From Cyanobacteriota bacterium (GTDB taxonomy: Bacteria > Cyanobacteriota > Cyanobacteriia > Cyanobacteriales > Nostocaceae): a DNA stretch of 64,000 bases. The stretch spans positions 64,001 through 128,000 of the forward strand of contig JBJOKS010000007.1 of the NCBI GenBank assembly GCA_046045965.1. Reading direction: 5' to 3'. The translations under genes and the position numbers were made by a program. The notes beneath the pieces were generated by a model. That model did no database searches and had not been told where the DNA came from. It was given only the letters and a program-made list of their open reading frames with translations. Below, piece by piece: positions 63,069 through 64,000 of this stretch (position 1 is its first letter; each line of letters starts with the position of its first letter).

Positions 63069-64000
63069 TTATTTACCATATCTCTGTTTTATATATTTAA
63101 TCTCCTCCCTTAAACCATTAGCATGAATTAACCCAACGTAACCGCGAAATTGACATTTATTTTGTGCATCATAAATAGAAACATGAGGAGTTTGAGCGAG
63201 ATTATCTCTGAATCTTAATCTTCCACTTCCATCTACAAATCTAAAATTTTCCGTGATTGGATCAATAGGATTCAAGATTTTCCAAATATTTTGTGTACCT
63301 GGAATAGTTGTTTGTATACTTTCTGTAACTCCATGAACAAGAGTTGTCATACCCGGAACTTTTTCCAATCGCTTAACTACCAAATTAATAATTTTTTCCT
63401 CATTACCTAAAATATGATCTGTAATCATTTTAGCCGTTTGGGGACAATTCCAATAACCAATATGAGCGTCTGCTGCACCAGCAGCAACAGCACCTAAATC
63501 AAGAACTTTATTAATAGATGTGATATCACTTACTGTTTTAATACCAGGAAAATTCGCTATTTGACGCACATAACTTTCTAAATTATTTGCATTGTCAATA
63601 ATAAATTTATCTGTAACGCTAATATTAGAATCTTCTTTAATTTCCAAGCTAGAACTAATCGGATAAGCAATCATATCTGAGGAATGAATAATATTTAACC
63701 ACCGCAAAGGATATTTAAATGATTGACACTTCAACTTCACTTGTTCAGCAGGAATATCTAAAAGCATATTAAATAAAATTACTGGTGAACCCATTGTAGT
63801 AATGCTTTTGAGTTGTACCTGATTATTAATTAATTCTCTAAACTGAAAAGCTGGATCATTATTTTCAAAGTTATCTGAAAACAACATATCCCATAAAATT
63901 ACAGTTCCCATTGAATGGGCAATTATATGTAACTCTTTTTCTTGTGAGTGATTTGTGATCAAATCTTCTAAATGTTCAGCTATGGATTGTCTAATTTTTT
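63069..64000 (-). CDS. Alpha/beta-hydrolase-like protein (5' end beyond the window)
   Basis: IIAHSMG nucleophile elbow, TMGSP, WLNI...D..AYP, AH.GYW; the frame stays open to the window edge. Confidence 0.7.
   Translation of the reverse strand, partial: KIRQSIAEHLEDLITNHSQEKELHIIAHSMGTVILWDMLFSDNFENNDPAFQFRELINNQVQLKSITTMGSPVILFNMLLDIPAEQVKLKCQSFKYPLRWLNIIHSSDMIAYPISSSLEIKEDSNISVTDKFIIDNANNLESYVRQIANFPGIKTVSDITSINKVLDLGAVAAGAADAHIGYWNCPQTAKMITDHILGNEEKIINLVVKRLEKVPGMTTLVHGVTESIQTTIPGTQNIWKILNPIDPITENFRFVDGSGRLRFRDNLAQTPHVSIYDAQNKCQFRGYVGLIHANGLREEIKYIKQRYGK

Overview
AT-rich chromosomal window from a filamentous cyanobacterium, very likely a heterocyst-forming member of the Nostocales. Evidence: about 30 HIP1 GCGATCGC octamers by eye, heptamer STRR arrays, and xisI, cpcL and crhC. 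The backbone is housekeeping and signalling genes (gmd, crhC, htpX, crcB, dapL, yebC, tatC, trmFO, tRNA-Arg(CCG)), two large bilin-GAF photoreceptors, and an arsenosugar-associated GT2/TVP38/MerA-like cluster. The best leads are: (1) a tightly coupled three-gene AT-rich island (18.7-20.8 kb: TIGR04255-like, HEAT-like, RKI/S/H-motif protein) that looks like a CmdTAC-type toxin-antitoxin-chaperone anti-phage module; (2) a 324-bp in-frame array of 54 degenerate hexamers in a pentapeptide membrane protein, where the synonymous sixth base is A in every unit while the coding G/C positions vary widely; (3) an ABC/AAA-ATPase plus PD-(D/E)xK-like two-gene island; (4) several unannotated structured RNA or small-ORF candidates (14.1-14.5 kb, a Fur-box locus at 24.5-24.8 kb, 32.2-32.5 kb, 52.8-52.95 kb); (5) MITEs with clear target-site duplications. 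All family calls come from motif recognition by eye and all counts are manual. No database search was run.
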